Assembly: GCA_964392445.1 (NCBI GenBank)
Contig: CAYMPD010000007.1
Span: 1 to 44,853 of the forward strand
Source: an uncultured archaeon
Lineage (GTDB): Archaea > Aenigmatarchaeota > Aenigmatarchaeia > CG10238-14
DNA length: 44,853 nt
Direction of reading: 5' to 3'
Below the pieces are notes generated by a model that saw only the letters and a list, made by a program, of their open reading frames with translations, did not search any database and had not been told where the DNA came from. This document shows positions 27,501 through 35,945 of this stretch, piece by piece. Made by a program: the position numbers and the translations under genes. Numbering within the stretch: position 1 is the first letter of the stretch; every line of letters begins with the position of its first letter.

Positions 27501-28148
27501 ATTCTTATTGAGCAATTTTTCTAGTTCCTCTTTTAAATCGAGATAAAGTTCTTTATACTTCTTAAAGAAGTCTTCTGTAACTTTTTCAATACTAAAGGAT
27601 TCTTCAATTTCATCAGAAAGAGGATTCATCTCATCTTCCATAATCAATTCCAAGAATTGTTTTCTACATGTATGGTTTGGCTCATTCGGGCCAACTAAGA
27701 ACGAGTATCTCTTTGCGGGAGTAAGTTCCTTTTTCACTTTAACTTTCCCAGATTCACCCTTAACAAGATTATATTCCATCTTAACAAAAGAAAAACGCCA
27801 ATCTACCGTATCATCATAGAAAGCAACTAACGCAGCTTCTTTACGCATTTTTCCAAGCCAATTAGCTACGAAATTTCTTTGCATAGTCCTAGCTCTGTTT
27901 TTAGAGGAGGTTCTCTTTAACTTAACAACAAGTACTTCCATTTCTTTAGAATTTTTATCCTTGTAATTTCCTATCTGTATAAATTCTTCAATATAGTTCT
28001 TGTACTCATTAGCGATATAATTTGTACAATCCCTTTCCTTGACTTTAAACTCATTAAGTAGCTCTTTAACAAATTTAACATACCTTTTCAAATCAAAATT
28101 AGTCTTGAAAGTTTCATTGAGTAATTTAATCGTATTTTCTCGGTTCAT
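24528..28148 (-). CDS. Type IIG (Eco57I-like) restriction-modification enzyme, N6-adenine MTase
   Basis: FLNGGLF, GAYYTPREIV, motif I DPACGSGAFL, motif IV GNPPY, TaqI-C-like TRD. Confidence 0.9.
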   Translation of the reverse strand: MNRENTIKLLNETFKTNFDLKRYVKFVKELLNEFKVKERDCTNYIANEYKNYIEEFIQIGNYKDKNSKEMEVLVVKLKRTSSKNRARTMQRNFVANWLGKMRKEAALVAFYDDTVDWRFSFVKMEYNLVKGESGKVKVKKELTPAKRYSFLVGPNEPNHTCRKQFLELIMEDEMNPLSDEIEESFSIEKVTEDFFKKYKELYLDLKEELEKLLNKNKYVKGEFEKKNISTIDFAKKLLGQIVFLYFLQKKGWLGVKKSPGEGFYKWGTGPKDFMRKLFEKGIVHYDNFFNEILEPLFYEALAEDRRANHDYYSRFNCKIPFLNGGLFEPINDYDWAGTEITLDNSIFKEIFDTFDRFNFTVKEDEPLEKEVAVDPEMLGKVFEKLLDVKERKSKGAYYTPREIVHYMCQQSLINYLETNISIPHKDIKKFVQMGDVVLDRTIRAQEQRRRYGELRDVDEESIIPNSIEKNQERINSLLGKIKIVDPACGSGAFLIGMLKEIKKAQSILSIYSGKEENVYDMKKKIIEDSLYGVDIEPSAVQICKLRMWLSLIVDETDITNINPLPNLDHKIMCGNSLLEEFEGIKLFDERLLGEVEEKVSPKIKEIDNEINELYEEKGIIARKGSDEKNLKDIDRKIRRLRKKKEKIISKFNNNERNLTLNEAVQRRIRESQIKLKDLKKLQKKFFNEQNRKLKREHKEKINRLEWELIEETLKEQGNEKSMKKLKQYKKNKAKPFFLWKLYFAEVFQRENPGFDVVIGNPPYVRIQSIDKEIKSAYKSNFISAKGKFDLYVLFTELGIKILRKRGSISYIMPNKFTNTHYGRKIREFILKHTSINIYIDFSDKGVFEGATNYPCIILLRKEKLEDNIIYYANVKQISSSLLHSLNLSKGLPKFENEDISSFKYNQSNLDKNNWVFVNKKILKLLKKLKSSKYDNLATHSEKIYEGLITGNNKAYFVNKETIKKHNLEPELIKKLPKGRKIKKYFIGWDNRYVIYPYELRDGKTSLVNLNNFPNTKTYLETHKSQLKKRTYVIKAGKEWYEIWNPRTIEVFATKKIITPNLSKRNRFALDDFSDKNNFMCIDHDCYAIILRQKDLENYKIFTALLNSPLIDFFIRNISPMFSGGFYKYHTQYLDKIPIPKDLRNTSDIIKLVDKILLITKDSEYLDNPEKQAKVKKLEKEIDQLVYKLYGLNPEKIKIIEEFNSNK

Positions 28149-31100
28149 TTATTTCCCCACTAAATATTCTGATAGAATAACCTCTTTGGGTCCTGAAAGA
28201 TCTGCTGCTGTTCCAGCTAAATTTTCCTTAAATAGGAGAGGAGAAACACCTGCCCTTATTCTTGCTAAAATCTTGAGAGGGTTTGTTTCTCTCTCTATTT
28301 TTTCTAATATCTTTTTAACGGTCTTCTTAGCTATTCCACCTTCTTTCAACAACATGTAAAAATCCTGTAAATATTCCTCATCTTCTTCTGTAAATTCTTC
28401 TGAGTTCCTAATAGCTTTCAATATCTTAATCATCTTCGCCTCATGACTTCTACCTCCAGGACTTTTTAATTCTCCACTGAGATCTGTGAAGACTCTATTA
28501 AATTCCTTTTTATTTTCCTCTAAATATTCATAGAAATCATCACCTAATTTTTCTCTCTTCACGTTTTTCTTAGATTCCAAAATTTCGGCAGCTTCAGAGA
28601 ATTCAAGCTCTTTGACTTCTTTATTTCCAGATTGGTAAATCTTTCTTAGTTTCCCCTTTCTAAAAAAGGTTAATAGGGAATTATAGTTCTCCTCGTATTT
28701 TTTTGCAGTCCTTGCTTTCTTAGGGAGTCTTTTAATTCTCTCGAACAATTTTTTATCATTATCTCTAATATCTCTTAAAAGTTTAAGATATTTCAGCTCT
28801 GGATCTTCTTCATCCTCACCTACAATTAATTCTTTAGAGGCTAATTTCGTGAATAGATCATGAGATTTTATTTCTTCATCAGTTAGTAATTTAGCATCAT
28901 TCCCAAGCATTTCAATAAAGGTTTTTATTTTCGCCTCTGCGGCTTCCTTTAAACCGATGTTCTTATTAATCGGACCAGCTGGGAAGAAATTATATGTGTA
29001 GATGTTATCGAATGGTGGACTCTTACTGACTCTATTTACACGTCCTACCCGCTGCATCATTTTAACTGGATTCCACGGAATATCATAATTAATAACAACA
29101 TTAGATCGATGTAAGCTAACACCCTCTGATAAAAGATCAGTGGAGATCAATATCCTTATATCATCCTTTTGCTTTTTCTTTGGGAGATTAGCATCATAAT
29201 TATCAATGACTTTTTTTCTTTCATATTCCGAAGAATCTCCTGAGATAGCCATAACCTTGTTTTCAAACTCGGGATCCAAGTTCTTTTCAACATATTCAGC
29301 TGTTTCTTTTGACTCTGTAAAGACAAGTAATTTATGTTTCTTTAGTATATTATCTTGTTTAAGTAATTCAATAAATTTCTCCAGTTTAGGATCGTGATTT
29401 ACCTCCCGCCACATATTTTCTATTTGTTCTAATATTTCACGATCATGCTTTAGATGCTTGATAAAATTAGATTTAAACTCTTCTGATGAATATCTTTGAG
29501 CTTTATCCTCCTCAATAAGTTTCTGCACAGCCTCGTCATTATCACTTTCCAATAATTCGAATATCTTGTTGATATGCTTCTTACTGGTAAAAACTTGTCC
29601 CTTTTCATACTCTTCAATGAATCTATCGTAAGCATGAATGAATCTATTTATAGATTTCTTAAATGCGAAAAAACTACTTTCCAATCTTTTCAAGAGCAGG
29701 ATTTTCATAAATCCACCCATGTTCTTCTGAGAAAGTTCTTCTGGTTGAGAAATATCCTTTTTAAGATATAATAAGGGCGTGTATCTCGCGTATTTGAATT
29801 TCTTCATTATTAGCTCAAGAGTTTTATCGAATATTTCATCCAACTTTCCATCAAAATGATAGAGAATTGGTTTTGGTTTTTTAACTTCAGGGAATTTCAA
29901 ACCTTGTTTTTCTAAATCCTTCTTATAATATTTAATTATACTACTCCTTGTTCTTCTTACCATTAAATGTCTTAGAACATTTTTTCTTATACTTCTAGCG
30001 TTCTCTTGGACAACTTCAATATATTTTTCCTTATCTTTCACTCTATCGAGATTCTTAACTCTTCTGTGAAGTCTTTTGAAATATCTTTCTAGATCTCTTA
30101 CTTTAGGATTAGGTAATGTTGATCTATGAGCCCTTTGGAACAATTTTATTTGAGATAAAATATCAAGAGGGGTATTGTTCATGGGTGTTGCTGAAACCAG
30201 TATAATTCTTTTACCTCTACATATCTCAAACAATTTCTCATACATTTGAGTCATTTCATTTCGGAATCTATGACTCTCATCAATAATTATGTTCTTGTAC
30301 TTACTTGGGTCCCTTGACAATACTTTATCTAGCTTCCCTATAGACTGGAAATGAGCACTGACTCGCACATCAAGAAATACATTGGGCCAAGAGCCGGGAC
30401 TATCTCTGTTCAGTAAATTTGGAGGAGCGATCACTAAAGTTCCACCATCCAACTCTTTTGCAAGTATAGCAGCGATATAAGTTTTTCCCAAACCAACTAC
30501 ATCTGAGACGAAGACACCACCATACTCTTCTAGTTTCATTTTAGCGTCTCTAACAGCATCCTTTTGATATTCCAAATCCATAACATTTTCCGGTAATCCT
30601 TCCTCGAATAATTCCCGTTTATCTATGTTGATTTTCTCTCTAAGGTATTCGTAAAGGAATTTAAGGTATAAATCATAAGGTGTGATTTCTTTATTTAACC
30701 ACGTTTTTTTCTTGATAATATCAACATACTTTTCCGATACATCAACAGAATTTTCCCATAGTTCATTAAACTTCTCCAGTGAAAATTCGTAATCTGATAT
30801 ATTCTTCAATTCTACATTAAATTCCAGGTTATCTTTCAGACCAGATTTCGTGAAATTACTAGAGCCCGTTATTACTCTCCCATCATCTCTATCCCCCCTT
30901 CTGAATGTCATTATATAAAGTTTCGCATGAATTTTTTTAGTGGGATAAGCCCTTATTTCTAATTTCCCAGATTTCAACCACTCAACAAATTTCTTAGCCC
31001 CTTTTTCAACTTTTTTAGAATCCTTGGAATATTCAAATTCTTCAATAGTTTTACTAGAAATACTCTTCTTGATTTCTTTGGAGGACCGATAAAAGTTATC

Positions 31101-31364
31101 TAGAGATTCTTCTTCCCTCGATTCTTGAATCAAATCATACGCTTTTTTCCCCGTACTTATACCAATGAGAACTCTTATCTTCTCTGTTTTTTCTAATGAC
31201 TCATAAAGTTCATGGAATCCTGTTGCACGAAAATAACCCACTAGACAGTCAAAGAAACGGGTGTCTTTAATCAAGTGAGAGAATCTATCTACTAGTCTTT
31301 TACCTTCTTCATTTGTGATGAAAGTTAAGTCAGTTGTCATTTTCGAACCCCTATCAATATACAT
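28149..31364 (-). CDS. PLD (HKD) nuclease-SNF2-like helicase fusion
   Basis: HAKLYI...GSSNFT; DVVGLGKT; IIIDESH; SATP; SEGVSL...NYDIPWNP...QRVGRVNR; likely start ATG 31340. Confidence 0.9.
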   Translation of the reverse strand: MYIDRGSKMTTDLTFITNEEGKRLVDRFSHLIKDTRFFDCLVGYFRATGFHELYESLEKTEKIRVLIGISTGKKAYDLIQESREEESLDNFYRSSKEIKKSISSKTIEEFEYSKDSKKVEKGAKKFVEWLKSGKLEIRAYPTKKIHAKLYIMTFRRGDRDDGRVITGSSNFTKSGLKDNLEFNVELKNISDYEFSLEKFNELWENSVDVSEKYVDIIKKKTWLNKEITPYDLYLKFLYEYLREKINIDKRELFEEGLPENVMDLEYQKDAVRDAKMKLEEYGGVFVSDVVGLGKTYIAAILAKELDGGTLVIAPPNLLNRDSPGSWPNVFLDVRVSAHFQSIGKLDKVLSRDPSKYKNIIIDESHRFRNEMTQMYEKLFEICRGKRIILVSATPMNNTPLDILSQIKLFQRAHRSTLPNPKVRDLERYFKRLHRRVKNLDRVKDKEKYIEVVQENARSIRKNVLRHLMVRRTRSSIIKYYKKDLEKQGLKFPEVKKPKPILYHFDGKLDEIFDKTLELIMKKFKYARYTPLLYLKKDISQPEELSQKNMGGFMKILLLKRLESSFFAFKKSINRFIHAYDRFIEEYEKGQVFTSKKHINKIFELLESDNDEAVQKLIEEDKAQRYSSEEFKSNFIKHLKHDREILEQIENMWREVNHDPKLEKFIELLKQDNILKKHKLLVFTESKETAEYVEKNLDPEFENKVMAISGDSSEYERKKVIDNYDANLPKKKQKDDIRILISTDLLSEGVSLHRSNVVINYDIPWNPVKMMQRVGRVNRVSKSPPFDNIYTYNFFPAGPINKNIGLKEAAEAKIKTFIEMLGNDAKLLTDEEIKSHDLFTKLASKELIVGEDEEDPELKYLKLLRDIRDNDKKLFERIKRLPKKARTAKKYEENYNSLLTFFRKGKLRKIYQSGNKEVKELEFSEAAEILESKKNVKREKLGDDFYEYLEENKKEFNRVFTDLSGELKSPGGRSHEAKMIKILKAIRNSEEFTEEDEEYLQDFYMLLKEGGIAKKTVKKILEKIERETNPLKILARIRAGVSPLLFKENLAGTAADLSGPKEVILSEYLVGK

Positions 31365-31368
31365 CTCG

Positions 31369-31602
31369 TTATTCTTTTAAAACCTCTTCACCCTTATCCG
31401 TTATACTTAAAGCAAAAGATCTTCCTTCACCCACTCTTTTAACAATCAAACCTAAATCCTCAATTGATTTCAAAGAAGTTGAAACAACCGGTCTTGAAAG
31501 TTTAATAAACTCCTGAACATCTTTAACTTGACAACCAGGGTTTTCTTTGATGAATCGTAAGATTCTGCTAGTTCTTTTTTCCATATTATCTATGTTAATC
31601 AT
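31369..31602 (-). CDS. Small wHTH protein (MarR-like), possible controller of the R-M module
   Basis: IKENPGCQVKDVQEFIKLSRPVVSTSLKSIEDLGLI...SITDKG. Confidence 0.75.
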   Translation of the reverse strand: MINIDNMEKRTSRILRFIKENPGCQVKDVQEFIKLSRPVVSTSLKSIEDLGLIVKRVGEGRSFALSITDKGEEVLKE

Positions 31603-31638
31603 TGTGAATTAATAGATTTAAAAAACTATGATTTATCT

Positions 31639-32862
31639 TCAATCTCCATCAAACTTCTCCCTATCACTAAGTTTTGACAAATACATCCTATAACTCTCTT
31701 CTACAGTCTGATACTCCTTTACTCTATCCACCAATTCCTTGCTCCACCCAAACTCCTCAGGATTACGAACTATTTTCCCAAGCGTCCTAACATTCAAGTT
31801 TGATACTTCCATCCACTTACCTGAATCCTTAATCAATCCATCCAGTTCATCCCTTCTCTTATCAGATGTTCTTGGGAACTTAGATATGCGATACAATTTT
31901 ACCCGGAGTTTTTCGTCATTTCCTCTTATTATCTCAACTCCTTCTTCCTTTGAATATGCTATCAATGCCTCCTGGACTTTAGATAATTCTTCTTCTATTT
32001 CTTTCACTAAAGTCTTCTTTTTCTCAGTTAGTTCAACATACTTATTCACAAGTTTGACTCCTGGTTCATTCAGATATTCATTGACTTCCATTTCTTCTGT
32101 CATTTTAATGTGCTTCCAAAGAGGACACATCTCCTGATATTCACACCATTTACATAAAGAAGTCTGGTTGGGTGGGAACTCCGTAGTGTTTTCTACTTTC
32201 TCTATTAATCTTAAAATCTCCCTTTTGAGTTCTTTTAAGTCTTCCTTTGTTCTCTCAGAAGTAATTATCTTATCAAACACCAAATAATGCCATACTAATT
32301 TAACACTCTTCACATCATCCCACATCTCTTTCAAGGCTAACTGATACAATGCCAACTGGGTATCATTATCTTTCTCTTCTTGGGTGGGTAGATTACCAGA
32401 GGTCTTGTAGTCGTGAATCCCGTAATTACTATCACCATCTTCGGACAACCTGTCTATATAACCAACCAATTCATTACCATTACCAAGATCAACAATAACC
32501 TGTTTCTCGGTAGCAAGGGTTTTATCCCCATCAAAAGGATGATGTCTATTCCAATAGTCTTCAATACACTTCTTTCCTAACTCCTTGTAATTCCCGGGTG
32601 TGTATTCCTTCCTGACTACAACCACATTATCCGTCCAATTCTTAGTCCATTCCTTTTCGTAGAAATTTAGAATATCCCGCAAGGAAACCTTCTTACACAT
32701 CTTGATATCATCATACAACTTTTCCAGTGTTTCATGAACCCTAGCACCCACGAATGATTCTATTCCTTCAACATCCGATTTCACTTTATCTATGTATTTG
32801 AGCTTGTATTTCAAAGGACAATTCTTGAACGTGGTTAGTCTTGAATGAGAATAGCGTGTCAT
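31639..32862 (-). CDS. RecB/AddB-family PD-(D/E)XK nuclease with Fe-S cysteines and C-terminal extension
   Basis: YSHSRL...CPLKY, GARVHETLE, GYIDRL, HDYKT, QLALY, CKWCEYQEMCP. Confidence 0.87.
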   Translation of the reverse strand: MTRYSHSRLTTFKNCPLKYKLKYIDKVKSDVEGIESFVGARVHETLEKLYDDIKMCKKVSLRDILNFYEKEWTKNWTDNVVVVRKEYTPGNYKELGKKCIEDYWNRHHPFDGDKTLATEKQVIVDLGNGNELVGYIDRLSEDGDSNYGIHDYKTSGNLPTQEEKDNDTQLALYQLALKEMWDDVKSVKLVWHYLVFDKIITSERTKEDLKELKREILRLIEKVENTTEFPPNQTSLCKWCEYQEMCPLWKHIKMTEEMEVNEYLNEPGVKLVNKYVELTEKKKTLVKEIEEELSKVQEALIAYSKEEGVEIIRGNDEKLRVKLYRISKFPRTSDKRRDELDGLIKDSGKWMEVSNLNVRTLGKIVRNPEEFGWSKELVDRVKEYQTVEESYRMYLSKLSDREKFDGD

Positions 32863-32911
32863 GTGTTAAATATTGTGGGTTAGAGTTAATAATGTAATCC
32901 TTCCCAGAACC

Positions 32912-32944
32912 CGAGCATAAAGTCCCGAAGGGACATTTAGCGAG
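32912..32944. repeat. CGAG-flanked GTCCC-GAA-GGGAC hairpin element
   Basis: CGAG-CATAAA-[hairpin]-ATTTAG-CGAG; architecture resembles 16702-16740. Confidence 0.45.
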
Positions 32945-32957
32945 GTAATTTATTCTA

Positions 32958-33239
32958 TTATTGATCAGAAACATTAGCGTAGGTAACTGTAACAGTAGGT
33001 GTCCTCTTCTTTGGATATATAGTTAGATCTATCTCGTTTGTCTCCCTCGCCGCTTCTGTCAATAATTCAGAGAGTTCCAAACTCTGACTTTTATCTAATC
33101 TCAAAGAAACTGTGGTGCCTCCCCATTCTTCCTTATCTTTCATCCAAAGTTTATCTGGTTTAATCGTTCCCAAATATTTCCTTTTAGTGCTTTTTTTAGC
33201 TTTCTTTTTATAGTCTTCTAAATCTATATCTAATTCCAT
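32958..33239 (-). CDS. Hypothetical protein (start reassigned to MELDID)
   Basis: GGAGGG RBS upstream of ATG 33239. Confidence 0.6.
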   Translation of the reverse strand: MELDIDLEDYKKKAKKSTKRKYLGTIKPDKLWMKDKEEWGGTTVSLRLDKSQSLELSELLTEAARETNEIDLTIYPKKRTPTVTVTYANVSDQ

Positions 33240-33255
33240 TTTCGATATCCCTCCT

Positions 33256-33408
33256 TTATTTTTTCTCATTAATTTCCTTTATCACGATATCTCCATTATG
33301 ATCAAAACCCACGACTAACTCCTGACCCTTCTCCCATTTCTTCAGTTTTACATACTGCTTTGGGATTGTAATTGAGTATCTATTTTTGACTTCTTGTAGT
33401 TTTACCAT
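33256..33408 (-). CDS. AbrB/MazE/SpoVT-type DNA-binding protein, 50 aa (missing from the ORF track)
   Basis: MVKLQEVKNRYSITIPKQYVKLKKWEKGQELVVGFDHNGDIVIKEINEKK fits the swapped-hairpin signature (xITIPK...W.xG..L......I.I). Confidence 0.8.
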   Translation of the reverse strand: MVKLQEVKNRYSITIPKQYVKLKKWEKGQELVVGFDHNGDIVIKEINEKK

Positions 33409-33925
33409 TATTAATCAACCATAGTTCAATTATATCGACACATATCTTTGGATTTAAAATAATTGTCTTGTATTTATGCAGTAATTGTTTTCCCTTTCTC
33501 AAAAATGCCTTTTCTTTTGTTACAAAAATATGACTTCCCCGCATTATATGTGTATTAAGATGCATACAATCTCTTATACTTCTTATCTTATTTTTTTCAT
33601 TCATCTTATCTAGATCTGGGAATATTAGCCTTTTTAGATCTTCAAGTCTTTTAGCATCTTTTTTACTACTAAAAACTGCGTGATCAAATCTAGAACTATC
33701 AAATACACCAAATCCAATGTCTTCTTCAAATCCACTAGTTTTTTTCAATTCTTTCTCTGTAATAGATTTAATTGGAGTGCCCCCGAACTTTTTTTCTGTG
33801 TCAAGAACATCAGTTTTTCTGATTTCAATAATCCCTTCCTCATGAAATTTTTCTAATCTACTAAGGTTTTCATCAGGTTTAAGTTGCATACAACATGTAT
33901 CAAAAGTAAGTGTTAGTCTTCTCAA
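33380..33925 (-). CDS. PIN-domain-like protein
   Basis: TFDTC (beta1 Asp), LDTE, RDCMHL...IFVTKEKAF acidic pattern; TTG start. Confidence 0.65.
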   Translation of the reverse strand: MRRLTLTFDTCCMQLKPDENLSRLEKFHEEGIIEIRKTDVLDTEKKFGGTPIKSITEKELKKTSGFEEDIGFGVFDSSRFDHAVFSSKKDAKRLEDLKRLIFPDLDKMNEKNKIRSIRDCMHLNTHIMRGSHIFVTKEKAFLRKGKQLLHKYKTIILNPKICVDIIELWLINNGKTTRSQK

Positions 33926-34028
33926 GTTCCCACCTTATACTAAAATCATAAATAGTAAAGAAATTATTTATACCAAAAATCATAAGATATTATAGTAAAA
34001 GAGTGGAATGCATAACAAGTCCTTTGCC

Positions 34029-34043
34029 TTTTCCAAGATGGCA
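34029..34043. repeat. attR core TTTTCCAAGATGGCA
   Basis: Exact match to 10277-10291; on the minus strand it reads ATG CCA TCT TGG AAA from 34044, the original 5' end of the hydrolase gene. Confidence 0.85.
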
Positions 34044-34117
34044 TCAAAAATAATAGTGTCTCTTTACTTAATAAACTTACTTAGACCTTAATTACCAAAA
34101 AATTCGTATTAAAATTC

Positions 34118-34351
34118 CTACTCCAACAATCCTCTCTCCCTCAGATATTCTCCCGTGTTCTTTTTAAAATCCTTCCCAGAGAACATATTCCTGAACAATG
34201 AATGACTACCCCTTAGTTGAGATTCGATCAATTTCTTTTGTTGCTTAAATAAACTATTATCAGTCTTTAGTTTTTCGGCGTACAATACAACATAATCCAT
34301 GTCAGTTTTCGGTTTTTCTCTGCCCATTAAATTCAACTCTATTTCAATCAA
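34118..34351 (-). CDS. Small hypothetical protein (start may be 34327)
   Basis: Overlaps the acetate-CoA ligase stop; helical and charged. Confidence 0.55.
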   Translation of the reverse strand: MIEIELNLMGREKPKTDMDYVVLYAEKLKTDNSLFKQQKKLIESQLRGSHSLFRNMFSGKDFKKNTGEYLRERGLLE

Positions 34352-35036
34352 TTATAATTCTCGCATCAACAGCAACAGTACCATCAGTCATAGCAAACAC
34401 AGGATTAATATCCAATTCTTTAATTTCTGGATTCTCTTCAAGCATACGAGAAGTTCTCATAAGAATATCAACTAAAGCTTTGAAATCCACCGGTGCTTTT
34501 CCTCTAATTCCCCTTAGAATCTTTACCCCTTTAATTTCAGATATCATTTCAACCGCGTCTTTTTCTTTTATTGGAACCACGCGAAAACTAACATCTTTGA
34601 ATACTTCCACAAAAATTCCACCTAGACCAAATAATATAACATGGTTAAAGGTAGGATCTTTTTTACCACCAATAATTACTTCTGGAGATTCAGGCAACAT
34701 CTTCTGAACAAATATTCCGTCTATTTTTGCTTTCGGTTTTTTCTTTTTTACCGTTTTTATCAGATTAATTAAACCTTCCCTCAGTTCTTTCTCATTTTTT
34801 ATTCCTACTTTTACTCCTCCAGCGTCTGTTTTGTGAAGTATGTCCCTGCTAACTACTTTTAGAACAACTGGATATTCAAATTTATTCGCAAAGTCTATTG
34901 CTGATTCTATTTCTTGGATTACTTCCCCTTCGACAACAGGTATACGATAATGCTCGAGAATTTGTCTTGATTCTAACTCTGTTAGGTTAGTTCTTCTTTC
35001 ATCTCTTAATTTGTTAAATATTTTTTGTGGCTTCAT
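34344..35036 (-). CDS. acdB: Acetate-CoA ligase (ADP-forming) beta subunit, ATP-grasp
   Basis: YPVVLKVVSRDILHKTDAGGV, DPTFNHVILFGLGGIFVEVFKD, ELDINP, VDARI. Confidence 0.92.
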   Translation of the reverse strand: MKPQKIFNKLRDERRTNLTELESRQILEHYRIPVVEGEVIQEIESAIDFANKFEYPVVLKVVSRDILHKTDAGGVKVGIKNEKELREGLINLIKTVKKKKPKAKIDGIFVQKMLPESPEVIIGGKKDPTFNHVILFGLGGIFVEVFKDVSFRVVPIKEKDAVEMISEIKGVKILRGIRGKAPVDFKALVDILMRTSRMLEENPEIKELDINPVFAMTDGTVAVDARIIID

Positions 35037-35117
35037 AAGATATATTTGGAGTTTAGATAATTAACCTTTTTGTTAATAAAATAAACTTATAATAATCTAG
35101 AAATTCGAATAGATTTT

Positions 35118-35918
35118 ATGAACCGTATAATAATCTTAGCCCTCTTTTTTGGTTTAATCATTACCGGTATTTTGGTTCAAAATCATAAGCAGATAAATTT
35201 CATTAGTGATACGAATCTCAAATTAAATTTACAAGAAGTTCCATTTGAAGAATTGTCTAGAGACTTTTATCCTCCATGTTTAAATCTTCCTCAATATCCG
35301 GGAAAAGGCTATGTGATAGCTAGTTTAGATGATTATGAGATACTAAGAGTAAAATATGCTCCTCAAGGTCCTTATATAAAATTCGAAACAGATGGAAATA
35401 AAACTGAATTCAAATTGCCCCATATACCTTCGGATTCAAATAATGACGGTGAACTTGGACCTGAGGATGTAATTGTATATGTTAGAAAACCGGATCACCG
35501 TCTTCGATGGTATTCTCCCTCACATAAATATCCTGCTGAAAAAATCCGTGAAGAAAACATCTTCACCGTAAATTCAGATACAATAATATTTTCTTCTCCA
35601 CCACCTCCAGGTTATGTAAGTATATCCGCTAGCAAGCTTGTGAGAGATGAGATTAATGGTATGAAATGTTCGATGTCTAACTTTGATTTTTCACAAAAAA
35701 GCTTAATAGGAAAATATTACTCTGGCAATGGCTGTTTTAAAGGATTTGAAAGAAAGGTTTATCGTGACGACACTAAAAAGAAGATAATTTATAGATATAA
35801 GGAAATATGGGAATATCCAAATTACGGATGCCCAGAGATTTTAATAACGCTTATAGATTGGATCTCGATACCTCGGATACCTGAAGGTTATGAGGTCAGT
35901 TTTGAAAAAAGTAAATAA
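35118..35918 (+). CDS. Secreted/membrane-anchored hypothetical protein
   Basis: N-terminal hydrophobic helix; EF-hand-like DSNNDGELGPED; several Cys. Confidence 0.7.
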   Translation: MNRIIILALFFGLIITGILVQNHKQINFISDTNLKLNLQEVPFEELSRDFYPPCLNLPQYPGKGYVIASLDDYEILRVKYAPQGPYIKFETDGNKTEFKLPHIPSDSNNDGELGPEDVIVYVRKPDHRLRWYSPSHKYPAEKIREENIFTVNSDTIIFSSPPPPGYVSISASKLVRDEINGMKCSMSNFDFSQKSLIGKYYSGNGCFKGFERKVYRDDTKKKIIYRYKEIWEYPNYGCPEILITLIDWISIPRIPEGYEVSFEKSK

Positions 35919-35945
35919 TAAACTTCAATATTCACAAATATTAAC

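Larger units (their letters stand above)
10277..34043. mobile_element. Integrated element (defective provirus or satellite-like defence island), 23,767 bp
   Basis: Flanking 15-bp direct repeats, integrase at the left end, terminase genes and accessory cargo inside, housekeeping genes outside. Confidence 0.85.

Noticed and set aside
19864-31603. Three element genes starting with CAATGATTAA (Met-Ile-Asn)
   Set aside because: Plausibly chance in AT-rich starts; no extended shared flanking sequence.
33942-33985. AAAATCATAA twice near attR as possible integrase arm sites
   Set aside because: Low-complexity 10-mer and no matching copies noticed near attL.
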